Source: Chthoniobacterales bacterium (lineage in GTDB: Bacteria; Verrucomicrobiota; Verrucomicrobiia; Chthoniobacterales; Chthoniobacteraceae). From it: a stretch of DNA of 64,000 bases. The notes beneath the pieces are model-generated. The model searched no databases. It was not told the origin of the DNA and saw nothing but the letters and a program-made list of their open reading frames with translations. The DNA is taken from the NCBI GenBank assembly GCA_038207335.1, contig JBBQZX010000018.1:1-64000 (forward strand), written 5' to 3'. The position numbers and the translations under genes were made by a program. Shown here piece by piece: positions 9,875 to 19,110 of the stretch. Numbering within the stretch: position 1 is the first letter of the stretch; each line of letters begins with the position of its first letter.

Positions 9875-9985
9875 GGATTTTCAACCGTGGCGGTCGCGAC
9901 GGTCGCGGCGAGGGAGGAGAAAATGCGCCCGCCTTTCGTCTTCTCCACCCGCAGCAAGCGTCGCGACCGCCACGGTTGAAAATCC
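9875..9985. repeat. Perfect 27-bp inverted repeat pair with 57-bp spacer (REP doublet/MITE-like)
   Basis: ggattttcaaccgtggcggtcgcgacg at 9875-9901; exact reverse complement at 9959-9985. Confidence 0.85.
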
Positions 9986-10012
9986 TCCGCTCAGGTGGCG
10001 CGAAAAAACCCC

Positions 10013-10041
10013 TTGCCGCCCTCCACTTTCTCTCCTACATC
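10013..10041 (+). promoter_or_regulatory. Possible sigma70-type promoter for infC
   Basis: TTGCCG-N17-TACATC; weak consensus match. Confidence 0.3.
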
Positions 10042-10214
10042 CCGGTACGACTGCGCTCCATGCGCAGAGGCCAGCCGCGCGCAGTCGCCAGCGCGGAGGG
10101 CGCGGGAGCCACGGGCGCCGAGGGGAAACCCACGGTTTCCGCGACCACGGCGACAAACCGATCAACGGGCGGACCCGCAGCTCCACGGCTCCCCGCCTCA
10201 CTAGAACGCCACCC

Positions 10215-10808
10215 ATCCAAATCCAACAAATTCGTGTTAACGGCCGCATTCGCGCTCGCGAAGTGCGTGTCATCGTCGCCTCCACCGCTGAGCAGCTCGG
10301 GGTGATGAAACTCAGCGACGCCATCCGGCACGCGCAGGGCCTCGGCCTCGACCTCGTCGAGGTCGCCCCCACCGCCAATCCGCCCGTCTGCCGCATCGTC
10401 GATTATGGCAAATTCAAATACGAGGCCTCGAAGCAGGACAAAGAAAAGAAGCACGGCGGCAGCAAGCTAAAGGAAGTGAAATTCCGCGTGAACATCAGCG
10501 ATCACGATTACGAAACGAAGATGCGGCACAGCGAAGAATTCCTCGACAAGGGGAACAAGGTGCGAGTGCAGTTGCAATTCCGCGGGCGCGAAATGGCGCA
10601 TCAGGATCTCGGCATGGCGCTCATGGTGCGGATCAAGAACGACCTCGTCCAAATGGCGCAAGTCGAGATGGAGCCGAAGCTCATGGGCAAAAGCGTGACG
10701 ATGACACTCGCGCCGCTGCCGGCTGCGAAACGCAAGCGGCATTTCCTCAGCGACGACGAACTCGAGCCGCTCGAAGACGACGCGGACGGTGAGGACGACG
10801 ACGAGTAA
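10215..10808 (+). CDS. infC: Translation initiation factor IF-3 (non-AUG start likely)
   Basis: IRVNGRIRAREVRVI...DLVEVAP...PPVCRIVDYGKFKY...KEVKFR...FRGRE. No in-frame ATG/GTG/TTG near the conserved N-terminus; ATC/ATT at 10215, 10221 and 10230. Confidence 0.93.
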   Translation: MQIQQIRVNGRIRAREVRVIVASTAEQLGVMKLSDAIRHAQGLGLDLVEVAPTANPPVCRIVDYGKFKYEASKQDKEKKHGGSKLKEVKFRVNISDHDYETKMRHSEEFLDKGNKVRVQLQFRGREMAHQDLGMALMVRIKNDLVQMAQVEMEPKLMGKSVTMTLAPLPAAKRKRHFLSDDELEPLEDDADGEDDDE

Positions 10809-10822
10809 CTAAGCCGGGTGCA

Positions 10823-11800
10823 CTACCCGGACTTGTCGCTCACCGCTTTCAACAGCTTCTCAAATTTTCCCGACTCGTTGGCGTACGGCGGATAGTCGCG
10901 CGTCGCGTTTTTTGGGCGGTATCGGAAATGTTTGTAGGCCCACAAATACAACTCCGGGCGCGCGCGGATCATCGGTTCCATCGCGTCCCAGCAGCGTTGC
11001 GCGATTTCCTGCAGCGACGCGCCATCCGGGATTACGAGCCCCGGATGAGCGATGATGCGGCACGTCCCGTCGGATTGCGGGAGCGTTTCCACCGGCACCA
11101 GAAGCGCGTTCACACGCTGCGCCAAAACCGCGTGGAGCAGCGGCACACACATCTTCATCCCAAAGCCCTCGATCACCGTCGCCGCTTGTGTGGGCGGGAG
11201 ATTTAGGTCGATGAGCATCCCGGTGGTTCCGCCGCGCCTCGCGATTTTCAGGAGTCGTAAAATCGAGTTTTCCTGCGGGATGATCTTTTGCAGCGAGACC
11301 TCGCGCATCCGCGCAAAAATCGCGGCGAGTCGAGGGTTTTTGAAGTTTTCCGTAACCACCGTGTTGTGAAATCCGACGAAGCCACATCCGATGCTCGCCC
11401 ATTCCCAATTGCCCTGATGGACGCACATGAAGACCGTCCCGCGTTTCTCCCGCACGAGCTGCTCGCGGATCTCCTCAAAGCCCTCCAGACGCAGCCACTC
11501 GTGGTAATCCGCGACCACGAGATGTTGTGCCCAAAATAAATCGAGCATCGTGCGGACGAAGTTTTGGTAGGACGCGCGCGCGATTTTCTCCCGCTGCTCA
11601 GGTGAAAACTCGTCCCCGAAAACACACGCGAGATTCCCGAGTGCGACCGTCCGTCCCCGCGCATCCAGCTTGTATGCCAGCGACCCGAGCGCCGAGCCGA
11701 GCCGCAACGCCCCGCGGCGCGAGAGCAACGGGATCGTCCATTCGAGCGCGCGGCACCCGAATTCCTCGAGCCGATATCGAAAAAATTTCCAGCGCGTCAT
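10823..11800 (-). CDS. Lipid A late acyltransferase / lysophospholipid acyltransferase (LpxL/HtrB family)
   Basis: HQGNWE motif, LID motif, PELYLWAYKHFR C-terminus; start MTRWKFF. Confidence 0.88.
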   Translation of the reverse strand: MTRWKFFRYRLEEFGCRALEWTIPLLSRRGALRLGSALGSLAYKLDARGRTVALGNLACVFGDEFSPEQREKIARASYQNFVRTMLDLFWAQHLVVADYHEWLRLEGFEEIREQLVREKRGTVFMCVHQGNWEWASIGCGFVGFHNTVVTENFKNPRLAAIFARMREVSLQKIIPQENSILRLLKIARRGGTTGMLIDLNLPPTQAATVIEGFGMKMCVPLLHAVLAQRVNALLVPVETLPQSDGTCRIIAHPGLVIPDGASLQEIAQRCWDAMEPMIRARPELYLWAYKHFRYRPKNATRDYPPYANESGKFEKLLKAVSDKSG

Positions 11801-11877
11801 TGATTTGAAAATGGTGTAGCCAATTTTCCCATCGCTGGCGTCCCTTTTGTCCTTTCCGGAAAAGCCGCACCCACTCC

Positions 11878-12819
11878 ATGCCATCCGCTCCACTGCTCGA
11901 CATCTGCCGCGCGCTCCTCGCGCAGCCCACTGCGCCCTTTCACGAAGACGCCGTCCGCGCTGAACTCGCCATCCAGCTCGCGCAATGCCCGCATGTCTCC
12001 GTCGAGCTCGACGACTTCGGAAACCTGATCGCCCGATACCAGCGCGGCGGCGCGGAGCCGGCGTTCGCATTCGCCGCGCACATGGATCATCCCGGATTCG
12101 TCGCCGGCGAATTCCTCGGCGGCGTCCCGCCCGACGTGCTCGAAAGCGGCGCGCCGACGCGCGACTTCGGCGCATTCGCGATGTGGGATTTGCCCGCATT
12201 CGACTTCCGCGAGGATCGCATCAATTCGCGTGCGTGCGACGATCTCATCGGCTGCGCGGCAATCGTAGCGATGTTTCACGAACTCGAGCGCACCGGCGCG
12301 GAGGCCTCTGTGTACGGGCTTTTCACGCGCGCCGAGGAGGTCGGCTTTGTCGGCGCGATCCAGCTCGCGAAGTCCCGCCGCGTGCCGGAATCCGTCACCA
12401 TCGTCTCGCTCGAAACCAGCTCCGAACGTGGCGGCGCGTGTAAGATGGGCGAGGGCGTAATCCTCCGCGTCGGCGACCGCACCGCGATTTTCGACTCCGC
12501 CACGAGCGCCCATTTTCAGCATCTTGCGAAACGCGAAGACATCCCGCATCAGCGCGCGCTCATGTCCGGCGGCACCTGCGAGGCGACCGCCTACCAGCTC
12601 TACGGATACCGCGCCGCCGGGCTCTGCGTTGCGCTCGGCAACTACCACAACGTCACACCCGAACACACGATCGCCGCCGAATTTGTCGCCCTCGCAGACG
12701 TCGCCGCGATGGCCGATCTCTGCGTCGCCGCCGCCCTCACGCCGCCACCCGCCGACCCGCATACAGCGCTCCGCGAACGCCTCGAGACGAACTTCGAGCA
12801 ACACCGGCGATTTTTCTAA
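11878..12819 (+). CDS. M20/M42-type metallo-hydrolase
   Basis: AHMDHPG, ACDD, RAEEVG, GGTCEA and LGNYHN motifs. Confidence 0.85.
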   Translation: MPSAPLLDICRALLAQPTAPFHEDAVRAELAIQLAQCPHVSVELDDFGNLIARYQRGGAEPAFAFAAHMDHPGFVAGEFLGGVPPDVLESGAPTRDFGAFAMWDLPAFDFREDRINSRACDDLIGCAAIVAMFHELERTGAEASVYGLFTRAEEVGFVGAIQLAKSRRVPESVTIVSLETSSERGGACKMGEGVILRVGDRTAIFDSATSAHFQHLAKREDIPHQRALMSGGTCEATAYQLYGYRAAGLCVALGNYHNVTPEHTIAAEFVALADVAAMADLCVAAALTPPPADPHTALRERLETNFEQHRRFF

Positions 12820-12871
12820 ACCGCTGCCGCCGTTGACAAACCATCCCGCCTGCGCTTTTGCATACGCCTTA

Positions 12872-13471
12872 ATGAAACGCCTTCTCCAAATCGTCTGCGC
12901 AACTGCCAGCCTCGCGCTTCTCTCCGCGTGCGCCTCCACCACTGGCGGTGGCGGCTCCTACCACGTCACCGCCTACAAGCCGCACGACCCGTCAAAGGTC
13001 CGCGTCAAAGTCTCCACCTCCACCCAGCACGTCTATGTCATGGAGGGCGACCGCTGCCTCATGGCCGTACAAGGAAATGTCGGCAAGCCCGGTAGCGCCA
13101 CCCCCACGGGCCATTTCTCCATCATCTTCAAAGACAAAACCAAGCGCCGCGTAAGCGAGCCCGACGCCGGCTACCCGATGGCCTACTGGTGCGAATTCGC
13201 GCCCGCCTACGGGTTCCACGAGGGCTTCGTCCACCCGTACCCACACACCCACGGCTGCATCCGCCTGCACAAGGAAGCCGCCGCACGCCTCTTCGCGCTC
13301 GTCCACGTCGGCACGCCGGTGGACATCGCGAGCACACAGCCCGAAGACGCCACGATCGGCAAAAATGTTCAGCGCCTCGACCAAAGCCGCGACCCCGATC
13401 CCGATCGCGCATTCCTGCACTCGCCCGCGTGGTTCAAAGATCCCTCCGGCCCGCTGCTCACCGACGGATAG
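12872..13471 (+). CDS. L,D-transpeptidase (YkuD) family lipoprotein
   Basis: Lipobox LSAC; TPTGHF; catalytic motif GFHEG...HTHGCIRL. Confidence 0.9.
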   Translation: MKRLLQIVCATASLALLSACASTTGGGGSYHVTAYKPHDPSKVRVKVSTSTQHVYVMEGDRCLMAVQGNVGKPGSATPTGHFSIIFKDKTKRRVSEPDAGYPMAYWCEFAPAYGFHEGFVHPYPHTHGCIRLHKEAAARLFALVHVGTPVDIASTQPEDATIGKNVQRLDQSRDPDPDRAFLHSPAWFKDPSGPLLTDG

Positions 13472-13560
13472 CGCTACCCGCGGTTCGCCCTTATTCTCGC
13501 GGTGGCTCGGTGCGTCGGTTGCATCGGGCCACCGCTTCTTTTTCTAAAAATCGCATCTCC

Positions 13561-14796
13561 ATGATCACACCCGACACCACAGCCGCGGCGCCCCAAAAAC
13601 CGCAGCGCGTCAATCTTCGCACACCCGACGTCATGGCCGCCGTGCAGGCGCAGGTCGAGTCGCACTACCGCAGCGAGGTCGTGGAAAAACTGCGCCACAC
13701 GGGAGGCACGCTGACCTGCGATAAAGTCACTGTGCGGCTCGCGAAGCAGTTCGGCTTTTGCTACGGAGTCGAGCGCGCCATCGATCTTGCTTACGCGGCG
13801 CGCAAGGTTTTCGCCGATCGCAGCGTCTTCATCCTCGGCGAAATCATCCACAACCCCGAGGTCAACGAGCAGATTCGCGCGATGGGAATCAAGAATCTCG
13901 TCGGCGAGGAAAAAGAGGCTGACGTGTCACAACTCAGCGCGGAAGACGTCGTCATCGTCCCCGCATTCGGCACCGAAGTCGCCACGCTCGCGCGCATCAA
14001 AGAGCGCGGCTGCCAGATCGTCGATACGACATGCGGCGACGTGATGAGCGTCTGGAAACGCGTGCGCCAAAACGCGACCGACGACGTCACTTCCATCATC
14101 CACGGCAAAGCCGAGCACGAGGAAACCAAGGCCACAGCAAGCCGCGCGATGGTCAATGGCAAAGGCCACTACCTCGTCGTGCTCACGCTCGCGGATACCG
14201 ATTACGTCTGCGACTACATCCGGCAGGGTGGCGACAAAGCGGCGTTCCTCGCGAAATTCAGCGGCGCGCACAGCGAGGGCTTCGACCCCGACCAGCACCT
14301 GCGCCGCGTCGGCGTCGCAAATCAAACCACGATGATGCGCGGCGAAACAGAGGAGGTGCAGCGCCGCATCGAAGCCGCCATCCGCGACCGTGACGGCGTT
14401 GAAAACGCGAAGCAAAGCTTCCGCTTTTTCGACACCATCTGCGGCGCCACGCAGGAGCGGCAGGACGCCCTCCGCGACATGCTCGCCGACCCGATGGACC
14501 TGCTCCTCGTCGTCGGTGGATACAACAGCTCGAACACTTCGCACCTCGCCGAAATGGGCGAGGCAAAGCTCCCGACCTACTTCATTCGCAACGCCAGCCG
14601 CCTCGAATCCCGCGAGCGCATCGTCCACTACGACATCCACGCGCGACACGAGATCGCGACCGAAAACTGGCTCCCCGAGCGCCCGCTCGTCATCGGCATC
14701 ACCGCCGGCGCGAGTTGCCCGAATAATCTGATCGAAGAATCCATCATCCGCGTCTTCGACCTCCACGGCATCACCCGCGACCAACTCCTCGCGTAA
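13561..14796 (+). CDS. ispH: 4-hydroxy-3-methylbut-2-enyl diphosphate reductase
   Basis: FGFCYGVERA, EIIHN, DTTC, NQTT, DTICGATQERQ, SSNT and TAGASCP motifs. Confidence 0.96.
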   Translation: MITPDTTAAAPQKPQRVNLRTPDVMAAVQAQVESHYRSEVVEKLRHTGGTLTCDKVTVRLAKQFGFCYGVERAIDLAYAARKVFADRSVFILGEIIHNPEVNEQIRAMGIKNLVGEEKEADVSQLSAEDVVIVPAFGTEVATLARIKERGCQIVDTTCGDVMSVWKRVRQNATDDVTSIIHGKAEHEETKATASRAMVNGKGHYLVVLTLADTDYVCDYIRQGGDKAAFLAKFSGAHSEGFDPDQHLRRVGVANQTTMMRGETEEVQRRIEAAIRDRDGVENAKQSFRFFDTICGATQERQDALRDMLADPMDLLLVVGGYNSSNTSHLAEMGEAKLPTYFIRNASRLESRERIVHYDIHARHEIATENWLPERPLVIGITAGASCPNNLIEESIIRVFDLHGITRDQLLA

Positions 14797-14823
14797 CGCG
14801 AAGCGCTGCAATTTCGGGAACGC

Positions 14824-15837
14824 TCATCTCCCGATCCGTCCAAAAAACTCCGTCACCTGCCGAGCCCCGCTGGCAAACGAAAGCCGCCCGCTCGCCAACT
14901 CCAGCGCGCGCGTTGTCATCGCCTCGCAATCGTGCGGATGCTCCAGCAACCGAGCAGCCAAATCCACGAGCTGCTCATGCGAACGCCCATGCCCGCACAG
15001 GTCTGGAAACACCAGCCGCTCCGTCGCCCCATTCCCACCGACGCACGGCACACGGCACAGCAGTGCATCCCCCGCGACCTGCCCCGGCACCGCGCTCGCA
15101 TCGAGTTGAAACACCAATTTGTGCCGCGCCAGCGTCCGTAAATACTGCGGATACGGCAGCCGCTTTTCCACCACACGCAGCAGCCCCTCGGGATACCGCA
15201 GCGCCGCAATCCACCGCCGCCCGCGCCATCCATCCACATTGAAAACCGTCACCGCCTCCTGCATCGCCTCCGCGATTTGCCGCAGCGCGAGCAGAGCTGC
15301 CACATGATTACGCGAAGCCGTCCCCGGCTCGCGCGTTCCGAGAAAAATTCCGCGCCGCTCCTCGATCGGATGCGAAAAATCCCAACGCGAATCCTCCACC
15401 GGATACGGCGTCGGAATGAATTCCACCGCCCGCGCGCCCGCACCGAGATAGAGCTGCACGAGGTCCGGCACAGCCGCGATCGCGCCATCTGCGCGTTCGC
15501 AGATTTCGTGGAAAAGTCGCAGTTTCGCGGAATTCGCGAGCAGCCCCGCGATTTGAAATGCGCCCGATTCCTTGAACGAAACCGCCACCGTTTTCCCCTC
15601 GCGCCGCAGATCGAGCATCACCTGTCGGCACGTCTTCAGGTCATTCCGCAGCAGCAGCAGCACAGCGCCCCTGCCCGCCGCAATCGCCGCGTCTTTCCGA
15701 TAAAATCCGCCGCCCGTGCACGCCGCGAACGCGTGAAAATTCACCGGCGGATGCACCGCGTCATCCGGTACTCCCGCGACATCGGGGAAATGCTGCTCCG
15801 GGTCGCGTCCGCCGTGATTGAGAACTGCGATTTTCAT
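14824..15837 (-). CDS. Putative glycosyltransferase (GT-B-like)
   Basis: C-terminal LPYPQYLRTLARHKLVF...GQVAGDALLCRVPCVGG resembles the GT4-type nucleotide-sugar domain; divergent from dltD. Confidence 0.55.
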   Translation of the reverse strand: MKIAVLNHGGRDPEQHFPDVAGVPDDAVHPPVNFHAFAACTGGGFYRKDAAIAAGRGAVLLLLRNDLKTCRQVMLDLRREGKTVAVSFKESGAFQIAGLLANSAKLRLFHEICERADGAIAAVPDLVQLYLGAGARAVEFIPTPYPVEDSRWDFSHPIEERRGIFLGTREPGTASRNHVAALLALRQIAEAMQEAVTVFNVDGWRGRRWIAALRYPEGLLRVVEKRLPYPQYLRTLARHKLVFQLDASAVPGQVAGDALLCRVPCVGGNGATERLVFPDLCGHGRSHEQLVDLAARLLEHPHDCEAMTTRALELASGRLSFASGARQVTEFFGRIGR

Positions 15838-15936
15838 CGCCCCATCCGTCGCGGAAGATCCAAAGAAAAGCGAGCCGCGCGGCTGGAGAAGTGCGGCGTT
15901 TCAATATCCCCGGCGCCACTCCATTATCGCTGTTTC

Positions 15937-17139
15937 GTGACTCCCGGCTCCCCAGCCCAAAAATCCCATCTGCTCGCCGCTCTGCTCGCGGTGGCCATCT
16001 CCGCCGTCGCTCTCGCCGCGGCGCTCGCATGGTGCGACCAGCTCGAGACGCGCTACATCCACGCGATCGCGCCCGAGTTCACCGAGGAAAAGCTCCAGGG
16101 CGTCGCGCTCCAGCGGCACGCCTTCGCCGAGCCCGACCTGCTCGTCCTCTACGGCAGCTCCGAGCTCGTGAAGGAAATGCCGAACAACGCGTCGCAGTTT
16201 TTTCAAGATTACCCGACCGGCTTCCGCGTCTTCCCGGTCGGCAAACCCGGCACTTCATCCCTCGCCATATTGCAGAAAGTCGCGGCTGTCGGCGGCGACA
16301 TCCGCGGCGAAAAAACAGCCTACTCGATGTCGCCCGGCTGGTTCTTCACCGAGACATTCGACCCGACCTGGTATGAGGGGAATTTCTCCGCGCTCCAGGC
16401 ATTCGAGCTCACCTTCAACAGCCACCTCAGCCACCGTCTCAAGCGCGATGTCGCGCGCAGGATGCTCGCATTTCCAAAGACGATCGACGGCAGGCCGCTG
16501 CTCGATTTCGGCCTGCGCCACCTCGCTGGCGACACCGCGCTCGACCGCTTCCTCTACGGCCTCGCGTGGCCGCTGGGCCGCATGAAAGTCGGCGTCGGAC
16601 GCGCACAGGACCACTTCGAGACGGCGCTGCACATCCTCGATGAAGACGAGCAATTGAACCCAAATCCCACACACGGATTACGCGCACTGAATTGGAACCA
16701 AATCCTCAAGCAAGCGGCGCGCTTCGCCAATGCCGCCTCCGTGCAGGCAAAGAAAAACGAGGTGAAACGCAAAAATCTGCCACGCGCCTCACGCGACAAA
16801 ACATTCATCACCGAGATGAGCCGCGCGCACGAGTGGACCGATGTCGAGCTGCTCATGCGCACATTCAACGAACTCGGCGCAAAGCCGCTCCTGCTCTCCA
16901 TGCCGATCGAGGACATCCGGCTCGAAGTCTATGGCATCTCGCCCGACGCCCGCACCGCATACCTCGACCGCCTGCACATGCTCGCCGGCAGATACGACAT
17001 CCCGCTCGTGGACTTCCGCGACCACGAAAAAGACAACGGCTTCACCGTCGATTTCCTCGACCACCTCAGCGGCGAAGGCTGGCTCTACTACAACAAAGTG
17101 CTCGACGATTTTTACCACGACCGCCTCCAAAAATTGTGA
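15937..17139 (+). CDS. dltD: DltD-family D-alanyl transfer protein
   Basis: N-terminal TM; catalytic GSSEL, SPGWF, D-x-x-H in DFLDHLSGEGW; GTG start inferred. Confidence 0.88.
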   Translation: MTPGSPAQKSHLLAALLAVAISAVALAAALAWCDQLETRYIHAIAPEFTEEKLQGVALQRHAFAEPDLLVLYGSSELVKEMPNNASQFFQDYPTGFRVFPVGKPGTSSLAILQKVAAVGGDIRGEKTAYSMSPGWFFTETFDPTWYEGNFSALQAFELTFNSHLSHRLKRDVARRMLAFPKTIDGRPLLDFGLRHLAGDTALDRFLYGLAWPLGRMKVGVGRAQDHFETALHILDEDEQLNPNPTHGLRALNWNQILKQAARFANAASVQAKKNEVKRKNLPRASRDKTFITEMSRAHEWTDVELLMRTFNELGAKPLLLSMPIEDIRLEVYGISPDARTAYLDRLHMLAGRYDIPLVDFRDHEKDNGFTVDFLDHLSGEGWLYYNKVLDDFYHDRLQKL

Positions 17140-17184
17140 ACATCGTGCTATCGGCCTGCCTCTAAATCCTCTCGAATTTTTCTC

Positions 17185-17427
17185 ATGTCTCCCACCGACC
17201 GAATCCTCGATATTCTCGCCAACTCCGCCGAAACCGACGAAGTCCGCACCAATCCCGACCTCGCGCTCTACGACCTGCAGGTGCTCGATTCCATGAAGAC
17301 CGTCGAGCTCATCGTCGCCTTCTCCAGCGAGCTCGGCGTCGAGATTTCCCCCGCCGAATTCGAGCGCGAAAAGTGGGCCACTCCGCGCCTCCTCGTCGCC
17401 GATGTCCTCAGCCGCATGAACCCGTAA
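17185..17427 (+). CDS. dltC: D-alanyl carrier protein
   Basis: 80 aa ACP-like; LDSM phosphopantetheine site; EFEREKWATP signature. Confidence 0.92.
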   Translation: MSPTDRILDILANSAETDEVRTNPDLALYDLQVLDSMKTVELIVAFSSELGVEISPAEFEREKWATPRLLVADVLSRMNP

Positions 17428-17428
17428 A

Positions 17429-17584
17429 ATGATCGCACACTGGATCGAAAATCACCCACGGCTGCGCTCCGGCGTGCGACTCACGCTGCTCACCATTTAC
17501 TACCTCGCCGTCATCGCCGGCCTCGTCGTCCTCTACGGTCGCGGCGATTTCTCCACGCCCGCGTTCGTCTATCAGGGCTTCTAA
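17429..17584 (+). CDS. dltX: DltX-like small membrane protein
   Basis: Below the ORF track cutoff. MIAHWIENHPRLRSGVRLTLLTIYYLAVIAGLVVLYGRGDFSTPAFVYQGF: one TM and a C-terminal F-x-Y-x-x-F motif. Confidence 0.85.
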   Translation: MIAHWIENHPRLRSGVRLTLLTIYYLAVIAGLVVLYGRGDFSTPAFVYQGF

Positions 17585-17593
17585 AAATCACCC

Positions 17594-19051
17594 GTGCACC
17601 TCCTCGACCGCATCGACCACTGGGGACGCGTCGCGCCCGAGCGCCCCGCCCACATCAGCGGCGAACGCGTCCTCACGTACGGCGAATTGCTCGCCCGCTC
17701 CGACGCCCTCGCATCGTGGATTCTCGATGAATTCGGCGACGACAGCGCGCCCGTTGCCGTCTCCGGCCACAAGGAGCCCGAGATGCTCATCGCCTTTCTC
17801 GCTGCGGTAAAATCGGGCCGCCCCTACGTCCCGATCGACCAGTCCATCCCCGCTCATCGCGTCGAGCGCATCGTGCAAACCGCGCGCGCCGGAGTCGTCC
17901 TCACGCCGGCGCGCATCGCCGAGGAATCCCGCGCGCGCCGAGCCGTCCAACCGCGACGTGTCGATGGCACCGATCCATTCTACATCCTCTTCACCTCCGG
18001 CAGCACCGGCGAGCCAAAGGGCGTCGTCATCACGCTCGAAAATCTCACCGCATTCGTCACATGGATGCTCGCCGAGCAAGCATTCAAGCCACTCGGCGAG
18101 GTATTTCTGAATCAGGCACCGTTCTCCTTCGACCTCTCCGTGATGGACCTTTACTCGAGCCTCGCGACCGGCGGCACGCTCTTCAGCATCACAAAAGACG
18201 AAGTTGCGAACCTCAAAAATCTCTACCTCGCGCTCGCCCGTTCCGGCGTCACGACATGGGTTTCCACACCGTCGTTCGCGCAGATGTGTCTCATCGAGCG
18301 CACGTTCACTTCCACGATGCTCCCCTCGATCCAGCGCTTCCTTTTCTGCGGCGAAACGCTCGCGCCCGAGACCGCCTCGCAACTCATCGAGCGCTTCCCA
18401 TCCGCCGAAGTCTGGAACACATACGGCCCCACCGAGGCGACCGTCGCAACCACCTCCATCCGCGTCGATCGCGACATCCTCGCGCGCCACTCGCCGCTCC
18501 CCGTCGGCCTTGAGATGCCCGGCACGCGCGTCTTCATCCGTGGTGAAAATGGCGAGCAAGTCCCCGATGGCGAGCGGGGCGAAATCATAATCGCCGGTCC
18601 AAATGTCAGTCCCGGATACCTCGGCCGCGAAGACCTCACCGCAAAAGCATTCGAGCAACTCGACTGTGTCCGCGCCTACCGCACCGGCGATTGGGGACGC
18701 GAGCGCGACGGGCTCATTTTCTTCGAGGGCCGCATGGATGGGCAGGTGAAAGTAAACGGCTACCGCATCGAACTCGGCGACCTCGAGGCGAATCTCCGCG
18801 CACTGCCGGAGGTCGCCGACGCCGTCGTCCTGCCCGTCATCAAAGGCGGGCGCACCGACTCACTTGCCGCATTCATCGTCCCCACCGTCGCACGCACCGG
18901 CTCCGATTTCGAGTTTTCCAGCCAGCTCAAAATCGGCCTCGCCGCCCGCGTCCCCGCCTACATGGTGCCGCGCAAATTCAAATTCCTCGACGCCTTCCCG
19001 ATGACCGCCAATGGAAAGGCCGACCGCCGCAAACTCGCTGAATTGCTGTAA
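17594..19051 (+). CDS. dltA: D-alanine--D-alanyl carrier protein ligase
   Basis: YILFTSGSTGEPKG, NQAPFSFDLSVMD, WVSTPSF, FCGE, NTYGPTEAT and NGKADR motifs; adjacent to dltC. Confidence 0.93.
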   Translation: MHLLDRIDHWGRVAPERPAHISGERVLTYGELLARSDALASWILDEFGDDSAPVAVSGHKEPEMLIAFLAAVKSGRPYVPIDQSIPAHRVERIVQTARAGVVLTPARIAEESRARRAVQPRRVDGTDPFYILFTSGSTGEPKGVVITLENLTAFVTWMLAEQAFKPLGEVFLNQAPFSFDLSVMDLYSSLATGGTLFSITKDEVANLKNLYLALARSGVTTWVSTPSFAQMCLIERTFTSTMLPSIQRFLFCGETLAPETASQLIERFPSAEVWNTYGPTEATVATTSIRVDRDILARHSPLPVGLEMPGTRVFIRGENGEQVPDGERGEIIIAGPNVSPGYLGREDLTAKAFEQLDCVRAYRTGDWGRERDGLIFFEGRMDGQVKVNGYRIELGDLEANLRALPEVADAVVLPVIKGGRTDSLAAFIVPTVARTGSDFEFSSQLKIGLAARVPAYMVPRKFKFLDAFPMTANGKADRRKLAELL

Positions 19052-19110
19052 CTCGGCGCGCGCGGCGATTCGCCCTCGCGACCGCGCGCCCTCGCGGTGA
19101 TGCTCCCTCG

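Noticed and set aside
8604..10808. 734-aa ORF suggesting a giant IF-3 fusion
   Set aside because: The upstream part is the antisense shadow of the M42 peptidase plus intergenic repeat; only ~10215-10808 resembles IF-3.
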